Of a stretch of DNA of 64,000 nt, positions 44,033 to 54,357 are shown one piece after another (within the stretch, counting starts at the first letter, position 1; each line of letters starts with the position of its first letter). Made by a program: the position numbers and the translations under genes. Origin of the DNA: Candidatus Latescibacterota bacterium (GTDB lineage: Bacteria; Krumholzibacteriota; Krumholzibacteriia; WVZY01); the NCBI GenBank assembly GCA_963791045.1, contig CAWBQK010000011.1, forward strand, positions 160,001 through 224,000, read 5' to 3'. Below the pieces are notes generated by a model. It had not been told where the DNA came from, did no database searches, and worked only from the letters and a program-made list of their open reading frames with translations.

Positions 44033-45988
44033 TCAGTTTTTTCTCTTCCAAAATGACGCGAAAATAGACTGTTTTTGCCCGCTCTGTTCTTTTTGACGCC
44101 GGACAAAGTTTCTGAAAGAAGAGGAGCATATGGTGAGCACGCCCTCCTTCTCCAATAGATATCCCTGGCGGATGAGTTCCTCGTTTACGAATCTGAATTT
44201 TGCGTTGATGGTTTTTTCGAGCGCCACACGGGATAGGTTTTCTTGTGAGAGTTCATCCATGTGATCCCACACGAACTGATAGTGAGGAAACGCCTCCTCG
44301 TTGAAATCGCGCGAAATCTGATCCCAATCCGGTTCGGAATCCGGATGGTCGATCAGATTCTCGAAGATGTTCGAGCTCGCGATCTGGAGGTAGAAAGGGA
44401 ATAAGCCCGCGAGATCGATGATTTTGTCGGCGAACGACTCGAGCGGAATGCCCTCGGAGTTTGAAGGCACGGTTATCAATTCCAGCGCCTCGTCCCGGTT
44501 GAATGGACGCAGAGGAAGATTTGAAAAGATATTGAAAAACGGCGAGTCGGAGATGTCTTTGTTATGGCACATGAGCTGGAGTTCCTGGTACGACGACGTA
44601 ACGTATGCCATACGGTAGCTGTTGGCGAGGGATCTCAGGTAAGAAAAGAACTGCTCTTCAAACCTCTCGTTCCCGGTAATCGAATCGAACTCATCCATCA
44701 GGATGATCAGTCGCTTGCCGTCGGTGTTGATCTTGTTGACGACATCTTTGAGTTGTTCGAGTGTCCTGTCGCGGTCGGCTACCTCCACGGCGCCCTTTGC
44801 CTCGTATTCGAGTAGGTTGAACAACAGATCTATGAATCCTTCGACACCAAAATCGTAGTGCCGCTGAAAGTCCATATAAACAAAGATGGCGGATTCGTTG
44901 TTCTGCATGTGACGGCGGCGGTTGTCGGCGTTGTACACGTGGTTCAAAAGCGACGACTTGCCGATCCGCCGATCGCCTACAATCGATATCGACTGGGGGT
45001 GCGGTGCGTCGAGGCGTGAGTAGATTCTGCGAACTTCTCGTCGGCGTCCGAAAAAGTCGGACGGATTCTGAATCATCACCCGGTTGACGTATGGGTTGCG
45101 CTCGGCAACGCGCCGGCTGGACAGATCTCGCATGATCCCGCTTTCGAGACCCGCCTTGCTTGACCCGCCGCTCAATTCGGGTATCGCGGTCTTCAATTCT
45201 TCGAGGATCTCCGTGAAGTCACGCGGACGGTTTTGGGGATCCTTCTCCAGACACCGCTTCAATAAGCTGTTTATCTCGTCCGGAACTTCGTCGGGGTATT
45301 CGACATCGATTTCATTGAGGATCAAATACATGAGGGCGGTAGGATGTTCCGCTACGAACGGGAAGCGACCGCTTACGAGCCGAAAAAGATCCACGCCGAA
45401 AGCGAAGATGTCGGTTCGCTCGTCTACACGTTCCCCCCGAATCTGTTCGGGAGCCATAAACTGCGGTGTGCCCGCCGTTCCATGGCTTGTGGTGGTCATC
45501 TGCCGGTGTACGAATTTTGCCAAACCAAAATCGAGAATTCGAACCTGCTTTCCCTCCGCGGGAGACTGACTGACCATAATGTTTTTGAGCGTGAGATCGC
45601 GATGGATGATTCCGAGACCGTGCGCGTACGCCATCCCCTTGCAGATTCCCTCCGCGAACTTGCATGCCTGGAGAGCGCCGAGCGAAGAGTTGTCCGCGAG
45701 ATCCATCAGCGACGGACCATCGATGAATTCCATGACAAAATACGGCCGATTTTTATGTTCGCCCGCGTCGTAGATTGTCACGATGTTGGGATGGTTGAGC
45801 TTTGCGAGGGACTCCATCTCGCGATGAAATTTTCGTTCGAAAGACGAGCCCGGATCGATCTCATTCATCACCTTGATGGCCACAGGTCTGTTCAGTTTCA
45901 GGTCGAGTCCCTGGTAGACTGTGCCAAAGCCACCTTTACCGACACGTCGTTCGATCTTGTACTTATCGTCTAAAAGGGCTCCAATCAT
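44033..45988 (-). CDS. Hanks-type protein kinase fused to a STAND/AAA-like P-loop ATPase
   Basis: Kinase motifs GKGGFG, VAIK, HRDLTLKN, DFG and APE; then NPY..FFGR, GDRRIGKSS and ILMDEFD. Confidence 0.88.
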   Translation of the reverse strand: MIGALLDDKYKIERRVGKGGFGTVYQGLDLKLNRPVAIKVMNEIDPGSSFERKFHREMESLAKLNHPNIVTIYDAGEHKNRPYFVMEFIDGPSLMDLADNSSLGALQACKFAEGICKGMAYAHGLGIIHRDLTLKNIMVSQSPAEGKQVRILDFGLAKFVHRQMTTTSHGTAGTPQFMAPEQIRGERVDERTDIFAFGVDLFRLVSGRFPFVAEHPTALMYLILNEIDVEYPDEVPDEINSLLKRCLEKDPQNRPRDFTEILEELKTAIPELSGGSSKAGLESGIMRDLSSRRVAERNPYVNRVMIQNPSDFFGRRREVRRIYSRLDAPHPQSISIVGDRRIGKSSLLNHVYNADNRRRHMQNNESAIFVYMDFQRHYDFGVEGFIDLLFNLLEYEAKGAVEVADRDRTLEQLKDVVNKINTDGKRLIILMDEFDSITGNERFEEQFFSYLRSLANSYRMAYVTSSYQELQLMCHNKDISDSPFFNIFSNLPLRPFNRDEALELITVPSNSEGIPLESFADKIIDLAGLFPFYLQIASSNIFENLIDHPDSEPDWDQISRDFNEEAFPHYQFVWDHMDELSQENLSRVALEKTINAKFRFVNEELIRQGYLLEKEGVLTICSSSFRNFVRRQKEQSGQKQSIFASFWKRKN

Positions 45989-48201
45989 GGGGTTTTCGCT
46001 CCAAACCGGTGCTGGAATCGCACCGTGTCCCGTGAAGTGATGGTCAGTGTTTTAAGAATGTTTTCGTATTGAGGGTGCCGAAGTTCGATCTCATGAGCGC
46101 CTTCATCCAGGGACATCGAAAAATAGACGGCGTTTTCCTCTCTCATCTCACCATCGATCCACAGTTCGGCATACGGCTGGACCTGAATGATCAACATTCC
46201 GGGCGGAAGCTTCTCAAGTGACGCTTCGAAGAGATGATCGGGCGCGGGTACGCTGAGGTCAGTTAAGCGGTTGATATACCCGGCCTTGCGGAGTTCGACC
46301 GAGTGATTACCGTGTGAGATCGAAGAGAAGCTCTTCGGCGTCGATCCCATCAATTTGCCGTCCATGTATATCTCGGCCCCGACGGGATTGGAGACGATCG
46401 TGAGCGGCGACATCAGCAGCGAAAACGAGTGGCTGATAGTCCGCACTGAGTCCTCGATGACTTCGGCGTCGGTTATGTTTCCCGCATTGAAACCGGACAG
46501 GCGAAGCTGGATTCTATGTTTTTTGATTACCGAGAGATTGTCGAGTGTTGCCGGTGTAGACAAGCCGGTGCTTTTGCCATCGAGATAGATGGTTGCCCCC
46601 GGAGGTGTCGATATTATGCGAAGATCACCGGTCTTTTCGGTGAGTGACACGGCTTTGTCGAACGCTTCGTCTCTATTGAGCCGCAGCGTGTCGGTGTAAT
46701 CCCTGTAGCCGACAAGCTCGATTCTTAAGGGGGTGTCCTTGACAGGCAACGGCCGGTTTTCGATGGGGGACCGTCCCGCCCAGTTCCCATCAATTATCAC
46801 GGTTGCGTTTGAAGGAGTTGTGCGGATCGTCACCTCCGTCGAATCCATGATAACGGCTTCAGGTTGCGTCACGGCTACTGGTTGACTTTGATTCCGGTTC
46901 AAAAAGGAGATAACGACGATTGCCGAGACAATCAATGCCGCCGCGGCGCCGACGAGCCACAATCTCGATTTGGACTTCGATCGATCGACGGCAACAACAC
47001 CCGTCGCGGGATTGATCGCTGTGTTGCCGATCTCCTCGACGGCTTGCCAGATGGAGTGCATACGGGAAATCCACAAACGCCACAGGTCCATCTTGAACCG
47101 ATAGGCGGTTTTTGGTCCGCCATCCTTATCGAGTAAATCGTGATAAAAAAGTTTCTCCAGGGATTCATTTAGTTTCGCTTCATCGATTCGGTATCCAATA
47201 CGGTGGTTTTCCGCAAAAGAAATAATTTCTTTGGGAGTAACGGCTTTTTGATCTTCCTTTGCCAACTCGCCGATGATCGACAGGGCGAGTTTTTCCATCA
47301 CGGACAGTGAACTCCAACTGAAGATCATCTGGGGAAGAGGATTCTCAATGATTTCATCGGTCGTACGAAGAAGATCCTCGGCCGTGACCGTATACGAATG
47401 GCGTTCGTTCAGATGATCGACGAGAGTCTGGCAAAAGACCTGAGTGTAAAACGGCTGTCCGGACGTGAGTTCGTAAACACGTTCTGGAACGCCGTCCTCG
47501 TACGTGATTACTCCGTCGAGGGGGTGTTTGATCAAACCCAGAGTGTCGGAGTGGCTGAGGTAACTAATACGGCGATGGAGCGACTTGCCGAGGAATCGTT
47601 CCCAATATTCGGCGGAACGTTCCTCGAGCTTGTCAGATCCCGTGAATATGATAAACAGGCCTTCTTTGTGTTCGATCCAGTTGGCGAACAGGTTGAGGAT
47701 TTCCGTGCTTATCAGTTGTTTCGAAATGTGAGACTCGAAAATCTCGTATTCATCGAACAGCAAGACGAGCTTCTTGCCCGCCAGGTGCTCGTTAATCTTA
47801 AAAATGAGTTTGTGAAAGACTTCAAGTGGATTGTCAGCGTCGACAATGGTCTCGCTGTGGCGTGTGATATCTGGGTCGCCGATCGCTTCGACAATGCCCG
47901 CCGCCAGTTTGACAAGAAAATCCCGGTCGTTCTCAACCGTCATCGATTGCATATCGATAAGCACGGGGACGAACTCGTCGCCCAACCGGCCGTCTTTTAC
48001 CTGGAACAAGATGGACGTCTTGCCGCTTCGTCGGCTCCCGCAAAGGACGAGCATTCCACCCTTTTTCCCGCCGGTGACATTTCGCTTTATGTAGGCGAAA
48101 TCCTCCTCGCGGCCGAAAAACATTTTCCGGCCTTTGATGGGATTGCCAACGATATAGGGGTTGTCTATCCGACGGAAATTATCACTCGAGGAAGTGACCA
48201 T
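45985..48201 (-). CDS. STAND/AAA-like ATPase with TM helix and extracytoplasmic PEGA repeats
   Basis: NPYIVGNP..FFGR, GSRRSGKTS, LLFDEYE and TSGQPFYTQ; TM WLVGAAAALIVSAIVVISFL; about four S.P.GA.IY.DG...G.TP repeats. Confidence 0.85.
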   Translation of the reverse strand: MVTSSSDNFRRIDNPYIVGNPIKGRKMFFGREEDFAYIKRNVTGGKKGGMLVLCGSRRSGKTSILFQVKDGRLGDEFVPVLIDMQSMTVENDRDFLVKLAAGIVEAIGDPDITRHSETIVDADNPLEVFHKLIFKINEHLAGKKLVLLFDEYEIFESHISKQLISTEILNLFANWIEHKEGLFIIFTGSDKLEERSAEYWERFLGKSLHRRISYLSHSDTLGLIKHPLDGVITYEDGVPERVYELTSGQPFYTQVFCQTLVDHLNERHSYTVTAEDLLRTTDEIIENPLPQMIFSWSSLSVMEKLALSIIGELAKEDQKAVTPKEIISFAENHRIGYRIDEAKLNESLEKLFYHDLLDKDGGPKTAYRFKMDLWRLWISRMHSIWQAVEEIGNTAINPATGVVAVDRSKSKSRLWLVGAAAALIVSAIVVISFLNRNQSQPVAVTQPEAVIMDSTEVTIRTTPSNATVIIDGNWAGRSPIENRPLPVKDTPLRIELVGYRDYTDTLRLNRDEAFDKAVSLTEKTGDLRIISTPPGATIYLDGKSTGLSTPATLDNLSVIKKHRIQLRLSGFNAGNITDAEVIEDSVRTISHSFSLLMSPLTIVSNPVGAEIYMDGKLMGSTPKSFSSISHGNHSVELRKAGYINRLTDLSVPAPDHLFEASLEKLPPGMLIIQVQPYAELWIDGEMREENAVYFSMSLDEGAHEIELRHPQYENILKTLTITSRDTVRFQHRFGAKTP

Positions 48202-48256
48202 TTAGACTCTTTCTGCAAAGTGCCCGGGCTCGCCTGCTTTGTACGACTCTATCAGG

Positions 48257-49024
48257 TCAGTTTGTCGGCGGTTCCGGTGGCTCGCTCAGTGCCGTCGGTT
48301 CGGGCGGGGCGTCGTCTTCGCCACCGCTAAGCCCAACAGCGAGCAGCACGCCGGCCACGGCTACCGCGCCAACCCGCCAGAGCCACCACTTCTTGTCCCG
48401 GTCGCGGCTCATTGACAGCGAGAGATTCAGCTTGTCGTCGGGTTGCACCTGAATCGTTTCTGTGTAGTCTTTGTAGCCGGAGCGTGTCAAAACAAGGGTA
48501 TGCTGACCGACGGGGACGTACGCGAGAACCAATGGCGTGTCACCCTTGTGTACTGTATCCAGGAACACGCGGGCTTCTTCCGGTTTGCGAATCGTCAACG
48601 AACCGAACATCTCTTTTCGAAGCCGGTCGTAAGTGACATTTACCTGCGGAGTAAACGTCAATTCATCCGCCGTCAGGTCGGGAAAGCGTTCGAGCGCCTG
48701 CCGGGCACTCGACTCGGCATTTGGCTCGTCTCGCTTGGTGATGTGGGTGAAAACCAGGTTGTTGTAGGCCTGTCGGAGAACATCCTCGGAGTCCGAGTAT
48801 TCGCTTATGATGTCGTTCAACAGGGCAATTGCCCTATCAAACTCACCGTTAAATCGGAGGGAGCTTATCTCCTCCCACTTCTGATAAATTGAATCGTCCT
48901 CTTGTTGTTGAGCTAGGGCTGGAGGTGGAAAGCAAGGGATGAGAGAGCCGAATATGAAGGCAGAAAGCATGCAAACGCATATCCAACGGCTGGGCAACCG
49001 TTTGGGTCGGGTCCGCCAAAGCAA
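48257..49024 (-). CDS. Exported TPR plus PEGA domain protein with hydrophobic C-terminal tail
   Basis: TTG start after SD aggagg; signal peptide; TPR-like helices; PEGA ARVFLD..KGDTPL; KWWLW..AVAVAGVLL tail. Confidence 0.78.
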   Translation of the reverse strand: MLWRTRPKRLPSRWICVCMLSAFIFGSLIPCFPPPALAQQQEDDSIYQKWEEISSLRFNGEFDRAIALLNDIISEYSDSEDVLRQAYNNLVFTHITKRDEPNAESSARQALERFPDLTADELTFTPQVNVTYDRLRKEMFGSLTIRKPEEARVFLDTVHKGDTPLVLAYVPVGQHTLVLTRSGYKDYTETIQVQPDDKLNLSLSMSRDRDKKWWLWRVGAVAVAGVLLAVGLSGGEDDAPPEPTALSEPPEPPTN

Positions 49025-49096
49025 TGGCTTACCTCCTTTTTGAAACGTCATGCGAAGCGAGATGTGCTGAGCTGGAGTTTTTTCAACGCTCCCGGG

Positions 49097-49125
49097 ATTG
49101 TACCTTATGTCAGGCGGTTCGTCAA
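49097..49125 (-). promoter_or_regulatory. Sigma70-type promoter of the PEGA/ATPase/kinase cluster
   Basis: Minus strand TTGACG-17 nt-TACAAT. Confidence 0.65.
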
Positions 49126-49567
49126 TCGGTCAACTTGGTATTTACTAGTCACTTAAGAATCAGGATCATGCGGTTTTGGCCTGGAGGGACAGTTGTGCCG
49201 CTCCCGACCGAGTTGGAACAATCGGGAACGTGAGAAAAGCCATCCGATTAACTCCCGGACGGCTTTCCTCTCGCGGTGCCTCTGACGGCACGAATATAAA
49301 TACGTTTTCTAAGGGCCGGGCGCACTTCGCCGCACAGACAAATACGACGCCCGGGATATCGAAGGCCATGTTCAATAAGTATGGATGCAGTTTGGAAGAT
49401 GGAACACGAGTATTATACCGCAAAACTCGCCCCGAGTCTATTTGACTTTTGTCAGGTTTTGTAACGACAAAAGTCGTGTTGCGGTCGTCATTGAAAGTCA
49501 CGAAAGAGCGCAGTGGTGTGCGACGAACCCGATTGCATTGTGGACAAGTTTTGCAAGAAAATAAGTA

Positions 49568-50234
49568 TTATGCAAGTACACGAATCGTAACAATGCCGAG
49601 GCACATAAGTACGAGACCAAACACGATTACGATGATCGACTTCCGGTTGCGCGATACAACGTCGGGACCTTTGTCCGGTTGATAAAAATTGAAGCTTCGC
49701 TCGACAAGCAGTTCCCCCGGCGGATGCTCGACGACGAGTGTGTACTTTCCCGGGGGCATGTCCCTGAATTCGAGATCGTCGACAATCGGGTAGAGCGTCC
49801 AGTGGCCCGCGGGCGAGATATGACGATCTGTCCGGCCGGGTGAACTCGGATTCGTCGATGACCCGGCCCTCGGGGTCATACCATCTGAAGATGAATGTTA
49901 CGGGTTCCTCTCGGATATTCTTGACGGTGAGCCGTGCGGATATTTTGTGAGACGAGAGGCCGTCGCGCATCGCAACCATCCGGACGACAGATTCGTACAT
50001 ATATCCGTCATAGCTTCTTTTCTGTGTCTGGCTCTGGAGATCGAGTTTTGCGGTCATATCGCACCGCTGAATGTTTCGGCGGGTCGGAACCCGGCGGGCG
50101 CTCGGATCGATCGTGGGCGGCGTGTAATTTTGCACGACGAGGACCCGGCCATTCGGCGGTTCCGCATTCACCGATTCGAAAAGAATGGGGACGATAAGTA
50201 CGAAGATTACAAGCCACAACCAGTGCCCGCGCAT
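49568..50234 (-). CDS. Hypothetical exported protein with C-terminal TM (frameshift near 49800-49830)
   Basis: Signal peptide MRGHWLWLVIFVLIV; FRWYDPEG; the second frame gives MPPGKYTLVVE...IIVIVFGLVLMCLG. Confidence 0.55.
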
Positions 50235-50425
50235 ACGATCCTCCAGGGGAAAAACCGCGCGACGTCCGTGCCGGGATCGCCTATATACGATTCGTGGACA
50301 GGCGTTGCATCTTCCATGCCATCTTGCGCCCCGCCAATGGGATGACGTTTCTGGTTTTCAATGCGAAATCCGTGGGGTACAATCGCTTCAAAACTACCCA
50401 AACAAGCACTCAAGGAGGCGCTTCA

Positions 50426-52959
50426 ATGAGACTCCCCCGGCAAAATCTGCCCCCCGTCATCGGCGGATGTTCGCTCTGCTCGCGGCACTCATTATCGTCG
50501 CCGGTACGGCGGTCGTCAGCACGGCAAGCAACTACGGGCCAATTCCGTCCTACTACGATCAACTCCAGTACAACCTGACCGGGCCGGGCACCCGGGCCAC
50601 ATCCATCAGCGGATATGCGAACCCGGCTTTTTACAGCATGATGCCGGGAAGCGAACTCAACTATTCGTGGACGGGTGAAGACGAGTTAAAAAACTGGGGA
50701 CTCTTTCTCGGCGGAACGAACGCCGGGTTCGGAATGGTTCGAAGCGATCTGCCGGTTGGCGACGGTGTCTATGCCGGTGTTTACGACTATCGGGTCGCGC
50801 TCTCCGGGGGGACCAGGAACGCTACGGTGGGGGTGAGTTTTGGCTGGTCGGGAGGCGACAAGGATCTCGTCGGGCGCAGCCAGGTCATCCAGGTCGGCGC
50901 CGCCCAGCGATTCGGCCGTTATGTCTCGCTGGGGCTCGTGGGTAATTTTGCCACGCAGGCGAGCTACCAGTCGGGCTTCTTCGATATCGCCGTACGTCCG
51001 ACTGGAAAGCAACTTCTAACACTTTTTGCCGATTACGAACTACCAAAGGGACTTGCGGCGTCGGACGCGCCGTGGAGTGTCGGCGCCATGGTGGATGTCG
51101 GGCCCGGGCTTCAGCTCACCGGACGTTACTTCGAGAGCGAGGAGTGGTCGCTCGGCATCGGGTACGCCTTCGACGTATTTGGATTCACCGGTGCGCCGCG
51201 TTTCAACAAGGACAACAAGAGCGACCGCACCATCTACCAGATCCGCACCGGGTTTGCCCAGCGTGATGTCTTGACCGAGACTCTCCAGGAAGACAAAACC
51301 TACGTGTCGATGAATCTCAAGGGGCCGGTCAGCTACCGCGCGTACCAGTATTTCGACAAGCGCAAGCCGCTCTCCGTTATCCTTGCCGATCTTGAACACG
51401 CCAAGAACGATCCCAAGGTGAAGGGAGTTGCGATCAACCTGTCCGGCACGGTGATCTCGCGCGGCAAGGCCTGGGAGATTCGTGAGAAGTGCGCGGACCT
51501 TCAGGCGGCGGGCAAGCACGTGGTCATTTATGTCGACAACATGGGGATGACGGAATATCACCTCGCCAGCGTGGCCGACAAGATCGTTATGGATCCCGAG
51601 GGCATGGTCATGCTTCCCGGATATGTTATGGGCCGGACGTTCGTCACCAACCTTCTCAAAAAGCTCGGTGTCGGCGTTGATGAATGGCGTTTCTTCAAGT
51701 ACAAGTCCGCGGCGGAAGCTTTCACGAGGGAAGACATGTCGGAAGCCGACCGCGAACAACGCCTCGCGATCATCGAAGATACATATGAGACGGTCCGCGC
51801 CGAAATCACCGCCGCGCGGAATAAGAGCGATGCGGATTTCGACAACTGGATAAATAATGAAATTATGTTCAGCGGCAAAAAAGCCAAAGAAATGGGGCTC
51901 GTCGACGAATTGGGTCGTTGGGACAAGGTCAAGGAAGTGATCGCCGTACTCGAGGGCGAACAGAAGCGTTTTGTCGGCAGGGACGAACTCGCCGGCAACC
52001 GTTATAAGGATGACCTCTGGGGCGAGGATCCCAGGATCGCCGTCGTATATGGTCTCGGCGCGTGCGCGATGGATACGGGAATCAAAGCGCGCCAGCTCGA
52101 GAAGGTGTTCAACGGGCTCGCCAAAAGCCGAAATGTCAAAGCGGTCGTATTCCGTGTCGACTCGCCCGGCGGCGACGGGATGGCGTCGGATGTCGTTGCA
52201 GAGGCGCTGCGAAAGTGTGCCGAGAGAAAACCCGTTATAGTGAGCCAGGGTGATGTTGCCGGTTCCGGCGGGTATTGGATTTCGATGTACGGGACCAAGA
52301 TCTACGCGCTGCCGACATCGATCACCGGATCGATTGGCGTCATCGGCGCGTGGGTGTGGGATGAAGGCCTGGGCGAAAAGATCGGCCACACATCCGACCA
52401 CGTCAAGGTGGGTGACCACGCCGATTTCGGTTATGGGATCAGACTCCTTCTCGGTGGACCGATGCTTCCCGAGAGAAACCTCACGACCGAAGAACGTGAC
52501 CGGGTCAAGGGGCAGATCCTCGATTTCTACGACGTGTTTGTCGAGAAGGTGGCGACCGGACGCAAGATGCCCGCCGACGATGTCAGAGAGATCGCGCAGG
52601 GTCATGTGTACAGCGGCACGCGCGGCAAGGAAATCGGACTCGTCGATGAAATCGGCGGCTTGGATGCCGCGATCAAGGCGGCATGGAAAATGGCGGGAAT
52701 CCCCGATGATGACCGTGTCAAGATCGTCGAGTATCCGAAGCTCCCGCCATTCCACATTAGCCTTGGCGGCTCGCCGATTCCGATACGGATGCTGGCCGGA
52801 TTGTTCGGCGGCGATACCGACATGGCCGAAGATGAAGAAGCGCTTCTCAATCCCGAGTGGTCGTATCTTCGCGCCGTGGCAAACAGCCCCGGCCGGCCCT
52901 TGTTTATGCTTCCGCCAGAGCACTATATTTACGAAGCGCAGTTCGGCGGAATGAGGTAA
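50426..52959 (+). CDS. sppA: Signal peptide peptidase SppA (S49) with N-terminal beta-barrel-like domain
   Basis: YKSAAE, RVDSPGG, VAGSGGY and TGSIGV motifs. The ATG at 50426 follows SD aggagg but needs a frameshift in a C-run; the alternative start is 50467. Confidence 0.88.
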
Positions 52960-52976
52960 ATACCGGAGTAAATATT

Positions 52977-53807
52977 ATGACCGATAAAAACGACAAGAAG
53001 AAAACAGACGAAGAGCTTTCCGCGTATGAAAAAGCCGCGCTCTCCGGCGACGATCCTCGGTGCGTTCCGATAAAGCTCGATGGGGACGCTCCGGAAGGGA
53101 ACAAAATCGTCTATCCGGACTACAGCGCCGCGGAAAACGAAACGTGGAAAACGCTGTTCGCGAGACAGTTGGAGCTTCTTCCTGGCCGTGGGTGTCAGGA
53201 GTATCTCGACGGGCTCGAGATGATGGATTTTCCCGAAGACAAGATCCCGTATCTGGGTGATGTCGGTGAAGTGCTCGAGAAAGCGACGAACTGGCAGGTG
53301 GCCCGTGTGCCGGGACTCTTGCACGAAGCGGATTTCTTCTCGAGGTTGGCGCGGCGGGTGTTTCCGTCAACCGATTACATCCGGCCACCCGAGGAATTGG
53401 ATTACACCCCGGCGCCGGATCTCTTTCACGATATATTCGGGCACACGCCGATGATCGCCAACCGGCAGTTTGCTGATTTCTACCAGAAATTCGGCGAGGC
53501 GGCGATGAATGCCGAGGGCGCGAACCGCCGCCGGTTGGAGAGGATCTACTGGTTCACCGTCGAGTTCGGTTTGATTGACACGTCCGAGGGGACGCGGATC
53601 TACGGCAACGGGGTTCTGTCGTCGTATGCCGAGACGCAGTACAGCCTCACCGATAAGGTCGAGAAGAGGCCCTTTGATTTGGCGGTGATGTCCGAGCAGG
53701 ATTATGACGTCTGGCACATGCAGGAGCTCCTCTTCGTGATCGAGTCGTTCGATCAGCTCGAACAGGGGTTCTACGAGTGGGCCAGGACGAACGGACTTCT
53801 CGGATAG
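52977..53807 (+). CDS. phhA: Phenylalanine 4-monooxygenase
   Basis: YTPAPDLFHDIFGHTP, RIYWFTVEFGL and IYGNGVLSSYAE motifs. Confidence 0.92.
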   Translation: MTDKNDKKKTDEELSAYEKAALSGDDPRCVPIKLDGDAPEGNKIVYPDYSAAENETWKTLFARQLELLPGRGCQEYLDGLEMMDFPEDKIPYLGDVGEVLEKATNWQVARVPGLLHEADFFSRLARRVFPSTDYIRPPEELDYTPAPDLFHDIFGHTPMIANRQFADFYQKFGEAAMNAEGANRRRLERIYWFTVEFGLIDTSEGTRIYGNGVLSSYAETQYSLTDKVEKRPFDLAVMSEQDYDVWHMQELLFVIESFDQLEQGFYEWARTNGLLG

Positions 53808-53838
53808 ACCCTCCTGGGAGAGCGTTTATTAGTGGTTT

Positions 53839-53870
53839 GACGGGCGATGGCGGCATCGCCCGTCTTTTTT
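53839..53870 (+). terminator. Intrinsic terminator after phhA
   Basis: gacgggcgatg-gcgg-catcgcccgtc followed by tttttt. Confidence 0.85.
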
Positions 53871-53953
53871 GTTAGCCGGTTGGGTGACGCTGCGGGTGGG
53901 GTTTTTGTCAAACAACGCTTTACGAATCCTCGTTTGTATGATACCATTGCGTT

Positions 53954-54121
53954 GATTCTCAGTTTGAAGGCACTCGTTTCTTAAGCACTTTGTTTGGTGA
54001 AGAAAGTCATTTTCAGGGTGAAGGTGACCCGTGCCGTACCTCTTATATGCCTTTCCCCTAGGCGAGGTACATTACGGGTAGACCAAAGAGGGACGCTCAA
54101 AGCGTCCCTCTTTGCTTTTTT
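53954..54121 (+). ncRNA. Candidate structured small RNA (~165 nt)
   Basis: Own promoter TTTACG-17 nt-(TGn)TACCAT at 53919-53947, internal hairpins, a terminator with U-tract, and no ORF with an SD. Confidence 0.45.
54084..54121. terminator. Terminator hairpin, probably bidirectional
   Basis: caaagagggacgct-caa-agcgtccctctttg followed by ctttttt. Confidence 0.85.
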
Positions 54122-54135
54122 GGCGGGGAATCCCA

Positions 54136-54348
54136 CTATTTCCGCGCCGCCGTTCGTTTGAGATACGGCCTCAGAACGAACGGGAACCACACCCCCATCG
54201 CTAGTCCAAGATACAGAATCCAAATGATCAACCCCGAGTGATTCCAGTTGCCGATTTGATTCGATAGAATGCCCAGGACGACGGCCAGGATCAGGGGAAA
54301 CGCCACAACTGCTCGCAGGAATTCGGTCGCATCGCTTGCTCGACTCAT
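54136..54348 (-). CDS. Small two-TM membrane protein (70 aa), possible immunity protein
   Basis: SD aaggagg overlaps the upstream stop; two hydrophobic helices and a basic tail. Confidence 0.7.
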   Translation of the reverse strand: MSRASDATEFLRAVVAFPLILAVVLGILSNQIGNWNHSGLIIWILYLGLAMGVWFPFVLRPYLKRTAARK

Positions 54349-54357
54349 GTCGCCTCC

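Noticed and set aside
49140-49560. ORFs 49166-49501 and 49176-49445 as genes
   Set aside because: No clear SD, motif or coding-like composition; treated as intergenic.
51040-52923. 627-aa antisense ORF, and similar long shadow ORFs such as 22127-23401 and 59182-60405
   Set aside because: They lie opposite well-supported genes in high-GC DNA and have no recognisable motifs.
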